Shown: positions 9,939-18,944 of the stretch, one piece after another
Position numbering within the stretch: position 1 is the stretch's first letter
Layout: every line of letters starts with the position of its first letter
DNA from: a virus
Lineage: Duplodnaviria; Caudoviricetes
Strand: one strand, 5' to 3'
DNA length: 54,473 nucleotides
IMG/VR virus record: IMGVR_UViG_3300030060_004062
Coordinates: 1-54,473 of that record
Made by a program: the position numbers and the translations under genes
Notes under the pieces: model-generated
What the model saw: the letters and a program-made list of their open reading frames with translations, nothing else
The model's database searches: none
Told to the model about the DNA's origin: nothing

Positions 9939-10014
9939 TGGTAGTCCCGGTTGGATTCGAACCAACTCTTTGACCCTTATGAGGAGTTCGTGCTGACCAT
10001 TACACTACGGGACC
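9939..10014 (-). tRNA. tRNA with CAT anticodon, probably tRNA-Ile2 (lysidine type)
   Basis: Cloverleaf GGTCCCG...CTCATAA...TTCGAAT...CGGGACTACCA with encoded CCA; the C4-G69 and C5-G68 pairs match TilS determinants. Confidence 0.85.
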
Positions 10015-10019
10015 ACATA

Positions 10020-10304
10020 TCACTCCACCCCCAAGCCGATTGATTGAATTGCGTGCAACATTTCAGCTATACAAATATCCTTAGTGTTCTGCGATCTTGT
10101 TTTAAAGCAGCCTTCACCTTGTGAATAATCAAACGCTGCCTCAGCCATCACCTCAACCTGTTCTTTGGTGAGTTTGCCGGAAATGCCACGCAAAGCAACA
10201 AGTGATCCATTGATAACTGCTGTGTTCGTCAATCCAACGGTTCCATCAATCGGCTCAAAAGGCCAATTCGATGTATCTTCTACAGGAACAGCCGCCAGCT
10301 TCAT
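10020..10304 (-). CDS. Hypothetical protein
   Basis: GGAGG RBS. Confidence 0.6.
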   Translation of the reverse strand: MKLAAVPVEDTSNWPFEPIDGTVGLTNTAVINGSLVALRGISGKLTKEQVEVMAEAAFDYSQGEGCFKTRSQNTKDICIAEMLHAIQSIGLGVE

Positions 10305-10519
10305 TTGCCTTCCTCCGCTGCAATAATGGCAGATATAAACCCAACCCTAAATTCTTTAACCGTTCCCTCTGAGACGCTGCAATCTTGACATCCTTATGGA
10401 TCGAGCAATGTAAGGTCTGCGTATCCAGACCCTGTATACATCATCCCATCAGTCGATTCCTTGAGTGCGGATATGGCGGCTTTGGCATCATCAGAATAGT
10501 TAACCCATAAACAGTCCAC
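10301..10519 (-). pseudogene. Truncated ORF with in-frame TAA (10394-10396)
   Basis: Reads ...WVNYSDDAKAAISALKESTDGM...LDP*GCQDC...AAEEGK*; its stop overlaps the next ATG. Confidence 0.5.
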
Positions 10520-10609
10520 AACAATACGACAATCAACGTAACACGTCAACAAGAAAAAGGCGAGAAATTAATCCCGCCTTATAGTCGCACGTTGCACTAC
10601 ATCATCTTA

Positions 10610-10876
10610 TCAATAATCATACCCGGTGCAATGAGACACAAGTTTATACATCTTGTCATATGTCATGGTGTTAGTTCTGTCATCCTCAAATTCGAATCCT
10701 ATTGTATCCTCAATCCTCATCATCCACATTTCACCGCTAAAAGTTATGCATGTGTGTATCTTGTCATTTTGAAGTGACGATCCAAAAATTGATCCATAGT
10801 AGAACCCAGCTCCAATGCACGATACTACGACAAAGGCACCAACTAGGTAATCACGAATGCTTTTGATTGTTTCCAT
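10610..10876 (-). CDS. Hypothetical membrane-anchored protein
   Basis: AAGGAG RBS before METIK; N-terminal TM segment. Confidence 0.65.
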   Translation of the reverse strand: METIKSIRDYLVGAFVVVSCIGAGFYYGSIFGSSLQNDKIHTCITFSGEMWMMRIEDTIGFEFEDDRTNTMTYDKMYKLVSHCTGYDY

Positions 10877-10921
10877 GTAAATCTCCTTATACAGAAACCC
10901 TACACACAACGCCATTAAACG

Positions 10922-12100
10922 TCAAGCGAAGAAACCGCCGCTGCGACGAACAGCCTCAAGCGCGTACCGGCAAGCATCAATGACGTGGTTCTTTTTGTCC
11001 TCAAGGATCGGCGTTATATCGCCTGTCAGTTTGTCTGTCTTGTAGCTGTAGTGTGATAGCTCATCAATCGTATGCTTACAGTCTGGATGTACAATAATGT
11101 CATACGACTTCATAAATTCGATACCGTCTTTTACCGAATCTGCGCCCTTCTTTGCTGGCCTGATCCTGAACCCTTGGCGCTTCATGTAGCTGATTGTCTC
11201 AGGTCTGGCAGAGTCAGCTGTGATGATCCATTCCCTTGCCCCCGGTATCTTGTCGAAAAGCTCTGGCGTATCGTCAATCTCACAGCCAACAGCGTATGCT
11301 TCACGGTCGATGTACATCTTGCGATTGTCGCTATCAATCCAGCACCGGACCAAAACAGTAGGGTCAACAGAGAACCCCCAGTCGGCACCAAAATAGAAAG
11401 TGCAATCCTCTGGTGTTTTGAAGTTTTGCACGCTCCAGTTGCGAAATACCCGTGTTTCAGAGTTCTTTAGGTAATCGCCATTCCACACATGGTTGTATCT
11501 GTCTATGTCTCGGCGCTGGTCCCATTCCATTTCCTCACGCAGTGTGTCGGGGAAAAACGGGTTATCATTCCAGTTGACGCGCTTAATGACAGACTTGGGC
11601 GGGATTTCTTTTCCTCGAAGCATGGAATCAACAGGATCAGTGTCAAATCTTGGATTCCACGTAAAGACCAGCCTAGAGCCAGACTTTCGCACAGTAGGGA
11701 TCAATAGCTTTAGGCTGTTGTCAGAGACAGTGTTAGCCTCCTCAACCCACGCAATATCAATGCCCTCTGTTGATTTAATGCTGTCCGGGTTAGTTCTAAG
11801 CCCCGCAAAGATAAAGAGCGAACCGTTACGGCCTCTGATTTCGGTCTGCGTTGAGTCATAGAAGCCAGATAGCCCCGCCGCTTCTATCTTGTCGTCAAGC
11901 AGCCTTTTGACGGAATCTTTGATAGACAACTGAATTTCACGGCAACACAATATTCGCAGTGGCTTTTGAGCGGCCATAACAACAAGGGCCTGAGCCACTG
12001 AATGCGACTTACCAGACCCTCGACCGCCATAATAACCGATATACCTTAAGTCTTCCCTGAATACGTCCTTGAACGCACTAGGTATCGTTACTTGTGACAT
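10922..12100 (-). CDS. terL: Terminase large subunit, PBSX family
   Basis: Walker A YGGRGSGKS, Walker B WVEEA, TWNP, GADWG and NHVIDACRYA. Confidence 0.95.
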   Translation of the reverse strand: MSQVTIPSAFKDVFREDLRYIGYYGGRGSGKSHSVAQALVVMAAQKPLRILCCREIQLSIKDSVKRLLDDKIEAAGLSGFYDSTQTEIRGRNGSLFIFAGLRTNPDSIKSTEGIDIAWVEEANTVSDNSLKLLIPTVRKSGSRLVFTWNPRFDTDPVDSMLRGKEIPPKSVIKRVNWNDNPFFPDTLREEMEWDQRRDIDRYNHVWNGDYLKNSETRVFRNWSVQNFKTPEDCTFYFGADWGFSVDPTVLVRCWIDSDNRKMYIDREAYAVGCEIDDTPELFDKIPGAREWIITADSARPETISYMKRQGFRIRPAKKGADSVKDGIEFMKSYDIIVHPDCKHTIDELSHYSYKTDKLTGDITPILEDKKNHVIDACRYALEAVRRSGGFFA

Positions 12101-12569
12101 CTTCACCCGGATCAACAAACTGCACAGTCACCCCAGTCTCCACCGGACCACCATCCTTACCCGTTACCTCAGTTCTGTTAACGTCCATCAGACCGAGATC
12201 ACGAGCGATAATATTGGCGTTAAGCAACTCAGCCGCAGCCCCTTCAAACTTCTGTGTTCGAATTACATTCTCAATTCGCGTTGTGATTTCCACAAAATCT
12301 TTGTTGTTTTTATAATTTGACCACGTTTGAGGGGATATATCCAAGAAAATACAAAGCCCGGTCATGGTCATGGCCCGCATCTTCATAATAGGTTCGTGAG
12401 TATTGACCCCTTGGAATGATGTCACTTTATCCTCCCAAAGAGGATTACTCTCTACCCACTCGAAATACTCACATGCGGCTTCCCATAAGACATCAGGGTC
12501 AGCGAACAATGGGCTTCTGCCATGTGAGCTTCTTTTCTTCCAAAACTGATTACCTGTTGGTGCGCCCAT
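12078..12569 (-). CDS. terS: Terminase small subunit (P22 gp3-like)
   Basis: MGAPTGNQFWKKRSSHGR...EYFEWVESNPL...QKFEGAAAELLNANIIARDLGL. Confidence 0.92.
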   Translation of the reverse strand: MGAPTGNQFWKKRSSHGRSPLFADPDVLWEAACEYFEWVESNPLWEDKVTSFQGVNTHEPIMKMRAMTMTGLCIFLDISPQTWSNYKNNKDFVEITTRIENVIRTQKFEGAAAELLNANIIARDLGLMDVNRTEVTGKDGGPVETGVTVQFVDPGEDVTSNDT

Positions 12570-12799
12570 TATTCATCCCAGCCCATTACTTTATATTTCA
12601 GAAAGTCCCCGATAATCGCAGCAGCCTTGCAGTTTTCTTTATTCTTGCCGTATGTTGTCAAGCACTCATATCCGTTTTCGCCAACCTTTCTCCCAATAAT
12701 GATAACTTGGTCAAGTCGGTTGTCTTTACACACCCTTTCCGCATGTGAAACAGGTATGTTTATATCATCTTCAATACACTCTTTAATTCCTCGTGGCAT
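12569..12799 (-). CDS. Hypothetical protein
   Basis: TAATG-coupled to terS. Confidence 0.6.
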   Translation of the reverse strand: MPRGIKECIEDDINIPVSHAERVCKDNRLDQVIIIGRKVGENGYECLTTYGKNKENCKAAAIIGDFLKYKVMGWDE

Positions 12800-12802
12800 A
12801 CA

Positions 12803-13003
12803 TCAATACCTCGGTGAGCATTTTGAGCATTGGCAAGAGATAAATCTAATAATGTCATCTCCATTACCCTGATTGTACCCACGGTCAAATTTCTCGTTAG
12901 CACATACTTCGTTGCCATCAATATATTTTGATCTTAAGAATGATGAGAAACCATCATAGTCTTCACAGTCATCTTCTTTGTTGAAACGCATCTTAAATCC
13001 CAT
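12803..13003 (-). CDS. Hypothetical protein
   Basis: In operon. Confidence 0.5.
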   Translation of the reverse strand: MGFKMRFNKEDDCEDYDGFSSFLRSKYIDGNEVCANEKFDRGYNQGNGDDIIRFISCQCSKCSPRY

Positions 13004-13131
13004 GCTCTGTAATTGTCTCTGGCGTCATTTTTGTTGGTCTACCGGCTGGCATTACTTACCCCAAACTTCCTATCAAAAGCATCCTCGAACTCGCTCATAT
13101 CACCCCCAAAACATCACAACATTATAACGAT

Positions 13132-13335
13132 TTACGCCGAATTATCAAGCTCCATAAGGCACTCAATAACCTTATCCTTGTTGGCGACAACCATCATTGC
13201 AAGATCGTTATCGTCGAACATGATAGACAGACGGTCCATTACGATAGACTGAATTGCCTGTTCCTTTGTGCTGAACTCTTCACCATCCGCACCAATGAAC
13301 ATGACTTTGTTAACTGTTTTAACTTCAACCATCAC
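13132..13335 (-). CDS. Hypothetical protein
   Basis: GAGG RBS; coupled. Confidence 0.6.
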   Translation of the reverse strand: MMVEVKTVNKVMFIGADGEEFSTKEQAIQSIVMDRLSIMFDDNDLAMMVVANKDKVIECLMELDNSA

Positions 13336-13670
13336 GAATCCTCAAATTTTGGAACATATGACCACGCAACAAGCTCATCACCCTGAAGTAGCAATGGTAA
13401 GTAATATGGCTCGTCCTCTCCTCCATCATTGTAGAACCAACCAGTATAATTATCCCCATCATCCGCCACGTCATTAGGATAAAGAAACATATCGTTAAGA
13501 TAATATGCAGAAAAGCTTGCCATCTTTCCGTTGTGCGCCCTTTTAACGCAAACTATGATTTCACGGCACTCCATACCATTCGGCATGTCTGGAATATCAT
13601 CACCATAGTACCAGTATCCTGTGTATTTCTTGACAACCTCACCCATCACACATCTCCTCAAAAATCTCAT
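13332..13670 (-). CDS. Hypothetical protein (DUF551-like)
   Basis: Ends ELVAWSYVP; the real start is probably MGEVV after a GAGGAG RBS. Confidence 0.6.
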   Translation of the reverse strand: MRFLRRCVMGEVVKKYTGYWYYGDDIPDMPNGMECREIIVCVKRAHNGKMASFSAYYLNDMFLYPNDVADDGDNYTGWFYNDGGEDEPYYLPLLLQGDELVAWSYVPKFEDS

Positions 13671-13830
13671 CCATGTTGCTATGTAGAATCATATCCTCGT
13701 TTTCCAGATAGCAACGCTCACAGTGGCAATCGTAAAAGTCTTGCTCTTCCTGAGTAAGCACAACCTGACATTCTCGGCAAATCAACTTGACCATTAGAGC
13801 CTCCATTGTTGGGCTTTCAGTATCGATTAA

Positions 13831-14001
13831 TCAATCTTGTTCGTCAAACTTTTGAACAGTTGTTTTCACTATCCGGTATGCCCTTTGTCTCACTGCGGAT
13901 TCTGTCCGTTTGATAATTGACGCAATCTTACAAACTGGCATATCGCCCCAATTGTCGCGTATAAAATCGTCTTGAGCTTTTGTCCAAAGTTTTACAGCCA
14001 T
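13831..14001 (-). CDS. Small Myb/GcrA-like HTH protein (56 aa)
   Basis: Not in the ORF track; MAVKLWTKAQDDFIRDNW...KIASIIKRTESAVRQRA. Confidence 0.6.
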   Translation of the reverse strand: MAVKLWTKAQDDFIRDNWGDMPVCKIASIIKRTESAVRQRAYRIVKTTVQKFDEQD

Positions 14002-14005
14002 GCCA

Positions 14006-14254
14006 TCACCGGATCAGTTCAATCATCTCTTCCTTTTTCTCGTCCAGCTTTTTAACAACGTGCTGAACGATTGTATCAATTGACGCGGCATTATCTGCCA
14101 TTACTTTTGACACACGCACTTCCGCTTGGAACGACCCACTGATTGCGCTGATTAGGTAATAGTGACCACTGATTCCGATAGCATCGAACGGAATCAAACG
14201 AAGCGACAAAAGTTTCCAGTGTCCCATGTTTTCAAAGTCTGAATCATTTAGCAT
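14006..14254 (-). CDS. Hypothetical protein
   Basis: GGAG RBS; in operon. Confidence 0.55.
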   Translation of the reverse strand: MLNDSDFENMGHWKLLSLRLIPFDAIGISGHYYLISAISGSFQAEVRVSKVMADNAASIDTIVQHVVKKLDEKKEEMIELIR

Positions 14255-14672
14255 GAATGTTCTCCATTAGTTCGTCGGGTATTTCGATTTCGTCTTTCCC
14301 GTTCTCAGTCATGCAAACAGCGCGGCATATTGCGATCTTGGCGTCTTTATGGGGCTCGGCATCGACGGTGTAATCGTCATCCTCGCCAGTGTACTCGCAC
14401 GAAACCAAGAACTTTCCCTCTCGGTAGTGCCGCAAGTCACGGATCGTAAGTCTGAACTCGTCAATCAGTATGCCGGTGTGAGCCCAATTTCCTGATGGGT
14501 TGAAGTCATCAAACCTAAACTCACTGTTTGGGTTTTTCAGGATGCGAACGTCATTTGGTTTTTCTGTCCATCCCCATCCGCGATCAGTCACCAAAGACGG
14601 TTGACCATACAATACAGACGCAACCGCCCAATTCAGCGCCCGCCCTTCAAGTTCCGATACTTTAACTTTCAT
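14244..14672 (-). CDS. DUF2591 / NinX-like protein
   Basis: KVSELEGRALNWAVA...FNPSGNW...IAICRA...EIPDEL. Confidence 0.8.
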   Translation of the reverse strand: MKVKVSELEGRALNWAVASVLYGQPSLVTDRGWGWTEKPNDVRILKNPNSEFRFDDFNPSGNWAHTGILIDEFRLTIRDLRHYREGKFLVSCEYTGEDDDYTVDAEPHKDAKIAICRAVCMTENGKDEIEIPDELMENIHAK

Positions 14673-14952
14673 CACACACCACATCCAACTCTTTACGTGT
14701 CCAAACAACGTCACCTGATTGCAGAATTCGAATTTTTGACGCTTTGCCGGAATGGTCAAGAACCTCGACGGTCATTTCATACGGCTCTGATAGATCAACT
14801 CGACCAGACTTAACGAAGTTCTCTAGTTCATAGCTGAAACCGATTTCACGCAGCTTCAATGCATCGTTAATAGCCTCTGGCGAACTTGCAATAATTGACA
14901 TTGCTAGAAGTTTGCAGATCATTTCTTTTCTCCAATTTTTTCTACAACCCAA
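14662..14952 (-). CDS. Hypothetical protein
   Basis: In operon; start probably MICK. Confidence 0.5.
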   Translation of the reverse strand: MGCRKNWRKEMICKLLAMSIIASSPEAINDALKLREIGFSYELENFVKSGRVDLSEPYEMTVEVLDHSGKASKIRILQSGDVVWTRKELDVVCDES

Positions 14953-15133
14953 TCAGCCGCCAACCATATATTCAGAACGATAAGTGGCTTTGTTGAGTCA
15001 AATCCATCAGGGGAATACTCTGGAAAAAACCAGACAAAAACTAACGGTAATCCCCACATAGCAATCATAAACTTAGCCACCACATCCTCCATGTTTAAGT
15101 GACAATACACAATACGCCAAGCGACGTATCTAG

Positions 15134-15847
15134 TCAAGTATGTTTTATTCTGAACATTAGCTCTTGAAATGCAGTCGCCGCCACGATTGGAACCTGACCA
15201 TTCCCAATGGCTTTAAGTCTGTCCACCCTATGGGCCAATGCATTAGCCATTCTGTCCACTCCGGGTTTATCTTTCCCCCAGCATGTGTAGCTAAAGTTGG
15301 TGTCTTCCTCGTATATTCCGCTGGATAAGCTCCCTCTTTCGAGTTGTGCGCTGTTGGCGTGGGCAAGAACCCATAAACGCGGCCTGACATGGTTCGCTCC
15401 ACACTCGGAAGCTCGTAAGCGCATCCATTCCGAATCGTACCCGATAGAGGCCAAGTCTCCGAGAACTCTACCAAGTCCTCTGGAAACAAGCCTATCTGAG
15501 TTTTCCACGAACACGAATGATGGTCGTATTTCGCTAACAATTCGGAACATTTCTGACCACAATCCTGATTTTTCTCCTTCGATTCCCGCTCCTTTTCCTG
15601 CGCTGCTGATGTCTTGGCATGGAAACCCGCCAGATACGCAGTCAACAATGCCTCGCCACGGCTCCCCTCTAAAAGTTCGCACTTCATCCCAGATCGGGAA
15701 CGGCGGTAAAATGCCATCATTTTGTCGCTGCATGAGTACACTTGCGGCATATCTGTCGTATTCAACTGCGCATACTGTTCTGTGTCCGAGCAATTGGCTT
15801 CCCAATATTCCACCACCTGCGCCCGCGAAAAGCTCCAAGACATTCAT
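15134..15847 (-). CDS. C5 cytosine DNA methyltransferase, alpha polypeptide (motifs I-VIII and X)
   Basis: LFAGAGG (I), GFPCQ (IV), VENS (VI), R-RLW (VIII) and LKAIGNG (X); no motif IX in this frame. Confidence 0.9.
   Translation of the reverse strand: MNVLELFAGAGGGILGSQLLGHRTVCAVEYDRYAASVLMQRQNDGILPPFPIWDEVRTFRGEPWRGIVDCVSGGFPCQDISSAGKGAGIEGEKSGLWSEMFRIVSEIRPSFVFVENSDRLVSRGLGRVLGDLASIGYDSEWMRLRASECGANHVRPRLWVLAHANSAQLERGSLSSGIYEEDTNFSYTCWGKDKPGVDRMANALAHRVDRLKAIGNGQVPIVAATAFQELMFRIKHT
15157..15843 (-). CDS. C5 methyltransferase beta polypeptide in an overlapping frame (TRD-like region and motif IX)
   Basis: 228-aa same-strand alternative-frame ORF containing LPTPTA and INPEWTEWLMHWPIGWTD (motif IX-like). 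Confidence 0.7.
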   Translation of the reverse strand: MSWSFSRAQVVEYWEANCSDTEQYAQLNTTDMPQVYSCSDKMMAFYRRSRSGMKCELLEGSRGEALLTAYLAGFHAKTSAAQEKERESKEKNQDCGQKCSELLAKYDHHSCSWKTQIGLFPEDLVEFSETWPLSGTIRNGCAYELPSVERTMSGRVYGFLPTPTAHNSKEGAYPAEYTRKTPTLATHAGGKINPEWTEWLMHWPIGWTDLKPLGMVRFQSWRRLHFKS

Positions 15848-16276
15848 TTAACCCTCTTCCAAAATACTGTTAACTTCATCCATAAGCTCTTGATTATTAA
15901 GGCCCGGAATCAGTTCTGAGCAAATCAATTCAACCGCATCATTCATAAAATCCTGAAATTCATCTTGCGGCATTTTGTCGAATGCAATTGACTTGTAGTT
16001 CCGAACCTTGTCACCATTTGGCAACTGAACAATGTCGCAATGACCTAGGCGACCTTTGATATAGGTATACATCGCCTGTGTGGTTGCCCCATCAATGTTA
16101 TCGGCTATCTTTGCGCACAGACCCATAAACAACCTGTGTTGGCGTCCTGACCGTGGTTTAGACACCTGAATACGATACACACGGTTATTTTCTAGTTTGT
16201 CGAACTCTTGCCGCGCATAATCGTCAGCGGGGATGAAACCGTTTGGAACTTTGCGGTAGTATACTTTGGTTGTCAT
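15848..16276 (-). CDS. DUF1367 / NinB-like protein
   Basis: PRS..HRLFM...KSIAFDKMPQDEFQDF. Confidence 0.75.
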   Translation of the reverse strand: MTTKVYYRKVPNGFIPADDYARQEFDKLENNRVYRIQVSKPRSGRQHRLFMGLCAKIADNIDGATTQAMYTYIKGRLGHCDIVQLPNGDKVRNYKSIAFDKMPQDEFQDFMNDAVELICSELIPGLNNQELMDEVNSILEEG

Positions 16277-16542
16277 AGCGGGAAACCATTTTTATAGATA
16301 ATTACCCACATAAGACCAATGAATGTGGCAAAAGTTATTCCAATCATTGCGATCAACCCACAATAAATAAACTTTTCCATCACTCCACCTCATAATCCAC
16401 AACGTCCCATTCATCTCCTGAATGATCCCAATCAAGGTCATCAGACCAGCACGACACAACATCGCCATTGCGGAACGTTACATTTACCGAAATATCATCG
16501 AAAACAGGCTGGAACCCACCTTCCCAAATCATCACATCACCT

Positions 16543-16866
16543 TTAGTTGTAATTTCCTGTATGTATTCGCCATAGCCTTAAGGACAGCGCCTTTCCATCG
16601 ACCCCCCAAGACTGAAGAAACTCAATCTCGTTACCTTCTCTGTCGTGCAAGTCAGAATGGCACATATAACACAACGGTATAACCCAACAGTCAGATGCCT
16701 TTAGACCCATTCCACGAGGAACGCCACGCAACAAATGGTGCGGTTGACTCGGAGCCGCTGCGCCACAGCAACAACACGGCATATGCCTGACGTTAGACAA
16801 GTGCTTTTCGTCTTTAATCCGCCCCTTCTTGATTCGCTTTGGTTTCTTGCCTTTGGGTATTAGCAT
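16543..16866 (-). CDS. DUF968-like Zn/His-Me finger protein
   Basis: HL..VR.MPCCCCG...PHHL...GMG.KASD.WVIPLC..CH..LH. Confidence 0.75.
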   Translation of the reverse strand: MLIPKGKKPKRIKKGRIKDEKHLSNVRHMPCCCCGAAAPSQPHHLLRGVPRGMGLKASDCWVIPLCYMCHSDLHDREGNEIEFLQSWGVDGKALSLRLWRIHTGNYN

Positions 16867-17072
16867 TCAGGTCCTTCCGGCAAGTAATCCCAATGCGTTG
16901 GATTCCACTCACACTCTTGGCTTACAGCCCAATGATCTATAACAAACTTAAATATGCCATCAGATTTGTAGCAAACAGCAGACCATTTTCCGTCAGTAGC
17001 CCAAAAATCAGATTCATCAGGCGCACTATCAATAGTTTTCCAATCAGCTTTCATCGCGGCAAATCCTTCCAT
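16860..17072 (-). CDS. DUF551-like protein
   Basis: WKTIDSAP...PTHW..LPEGP. Confidence 0.65.
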   Translation of the reverse strand: MEGFAAMKADWKTIDSAPDESDFWATDGKWSAVCYKSDGIFKFVIDHWAVSQECEWNPTHWDYLPEGPEC

Positions 17073-17368
17073 TTTTCTGCGACAAAACTAATGTAGTCGT
17101 CACAACACCAACACGAAGTCCACTTATCAACGATCAACCATTCGCCGTGATACACCCTTTGCTCTCCGTTGAAATATGCAACTGAGATGCTATCATCGCC
17201 AGTTCCAGAAGCGTACGATGAGTCGGTTCTCCTTCCTTTAATCAATACTGGCGTACCATCTCTAGGAGCGAACTCCATATCTCGCCACATTCCTAGTTTA
17301 GACTTGATCCAGTCAAGAATCTTGCTCACCTCTAATCTCCTTCCTACGTTCCTCAATCTTCTCTTCAA
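17051..17368 (-). CDS. DUF551-like protein
   Basis: WRDMEFAPRDGTPVLI...W..LP. Confidence 0.6.
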   Translation of the reverse strand: MKRRLRNVGRRLEVSKILDWIKSKLGMWRDMEFAPRDGTPVLIKGRRTDSSYASGTGDDSISVAYFNGEQRVYHGEWLIVDKWTSCWCCDDYISFVAEKWKDLPR

Positions 17369-17561
17369 GAAAATCGGTTATGTTGCTTTTATCAACCTGT
17401 ATCGAGTCCCAAGTTACAGAATGAATCATCCGCAACGTGTCAACTTGCTCTAAGGTCTGGCATTCTTTCAGAAGATAGTAGAACCCTCTACCCCAATCTT
17501 CTGCGCTTTCGCATTTAATCGTGTAGTTCATCTCCATTCCACCATTTATTAACGCCATCAA
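17313..17561 (-). CDS. Hypothetical protein
   Basis: In operon. Confidence 0.5.
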   Translation of the reverse strand: MMALINGGMEMNYTIKCESAEDWGRGFYYLLKECQTLEQVDTLRMIHSVTWDSIQVDKSNITDFLEEKIEERRKEIRGEQDS

Positions 17562-17745
17562 CCAACCAAATCATCACAAGCCCAGCACCTAATGCAACCG
17601 CAGAGCAAAACGCCATTACTCCAGCGAACTCGAATGCAATGCTCCAATATCGGTATGTGAACCACATCAGGAACAATCCAGACAGAAGCGACAAAGCCCC
17701 ACCAGATATTAGGCACCATATGACTGTGTGTGATTTATTCATCAT
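17515..17745 (-). CDS. Hypothetical two-TM membrane protein
   Basis: Two hydrophobic helices. Confidence 0.55.
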   Translation of the reverse strand: MMNKSHTVIWCLISGGALSLLSGLFLMWFTYRYWSIAFEFAGVMAFCSAVALGAGLVMIWLVDGVNKWWNGDELHD

Positions 17746-17983
17746 ACTTATCTACGACAATTGTATTGTAAATTTGCAATGCCGTCACAAGATGATTTAC
17801 CTCATCCGTCTTCCCACCAAACTCAACCTTGTAATAAACAACATGGTCATATGGACGAGTTACCATAGTGATCTTGCACCCATTCTTGTCCATGACGACA
17901 ACTGGATACTCTTTAGCATAAAAGCTATTCAAGAAAACCTTATCCATAACATCCTCCTTTAAAGATAACCTATAGTACGGCAT
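17735..17983 (-). CDS. Hypothetical protein
   Basis: AGGAGG RBS before MDKVF; TTGACA...TACTAT promoter upstream. Confidence 0.6.
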   Translation of the reverse strand: MPYYRLSLKEDVMDKVFLNSFYAKEYPVVVMDKNGCKITMVTRPYDHVVYYKVEFGGKTDEVNHLVTALQIYNTIVVDKYDE

Positions 17984-18006
17984 TTGTCGTTTGTGTCAAG
18001 TATATT

Positions 18007-18438
18007 TTAAGCCCAATCTTCGCCAGCGTCGTATTTGAGTATCGCTACTTTGTGGTCTCTTGGCTTCCCCATAAACAGTAGTCGAGGTGATAAGGCCCAT
18101 TTGTTAACCGTTCCTCGTTTGCCCATCTTTCTTACAAACCCCATAGATTCAAGGCGCTTCATAGATGCAGAAACATTTTGTTGGTGCAACCCAAGCTGGC
18201 TGGCAATCTCTGATTGTGTTGCGGTAATAATGTTTCCATAATCGACATATCTTTGACACAGACAAAGAACCCTAAGATCAACCGCACTTTTAATCTTGGC
18301 TACTTCATCGTATGCGTCTGGATCATTCATAGTGAACCTCTTAAATGGCGACCTGTGTCTTGACCTTGATGTGTATTCAAAGTATACATCAACTAGCTGG
18401 TCGTCATCATCATAGACGTACCGTTTCTTTGACGACAT
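18007..18438 (-). CDS. Winged-HTH protein, RepL/MarR-like
   Basis: LRVL...DYGNII.ATQSEIASQLGL.QQNVSASMKRL...LSP.L.FMG, resembling plasmid RepL proteins. Confidence 0.7.
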   Translation of the reverse strand: MSSKKRYVYDDDDQLVDVYFEYTSRSRHRSPFKRFTMNDPDAYDEVAKIKSAVDLRVLCLCQRYVDYGNIITATQSEIASQLGLHQQNVSASMKRLESMGFVRKMGKRGTVNKWALSPRLLFMGKPRDHKVAILKYDAGEDWA

Positions 18439-18576
18439 TAAATAAGACCTAAACCTAAACCTAGAACTAACTTGCAGGTGTTACTATACTAACATCATGG
18501 TATTAGGTAAAGGTCTTATTTTTTGCAGTTTTAAAGGGCTTCAAATCTCTTCTACTTCTTATCCAAGATTACATAC

Positions 18577-18603
18577 AAAAAACCGCCCCTTTCGGAGCGG
18601 CTT
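18577..18603 (-). terminator. Intrinsic terminator
   Basis: GCCGCTCC-GAAA-GGGGCGGT followed by a T run. Confidence 0.8.
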
Positions 18604-18620
18604 GATGTTGTTGTTGCATC

Positions 18621-18944
18621 CTAAGATTTCTTGATTTCTTCCACCTTTTGGAAAGAATCTCTAAGAAGCGTTCCCAGTAATATCTCCCCATCATATGTAA
18701 GAGTTACCGATGGGCCACACTCACGTCCAGCCGGATAATCTACATCTATTTCATCAACCATAAGATCGTGCACCGCATATATGAAATCTTAGACAACATC
18801 GCCAATCTCATCTTCCTTGCGGAATGGCTCAAGGGAAATATCGTAACCTTCCCAATTGTCCACTCCACCGGCTTCAAGTGCTGCTAGCTTGGCTTCGATG
18901 CGCTCAAGTTCTTTTAGTCGTTTTGCACTGATTTTAGTTTCCAT
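18621..18944 (-). pseudogene. Phage protein (LEAGGVDNWEGYD family) interrupted by in-frame TAA at 18789-18791
   Basis: TGATG-coupled start; 51 codons, TAA, then 55 more sense codons in the same frame up to a TAG just before the terminator. Confidence 0.65.
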
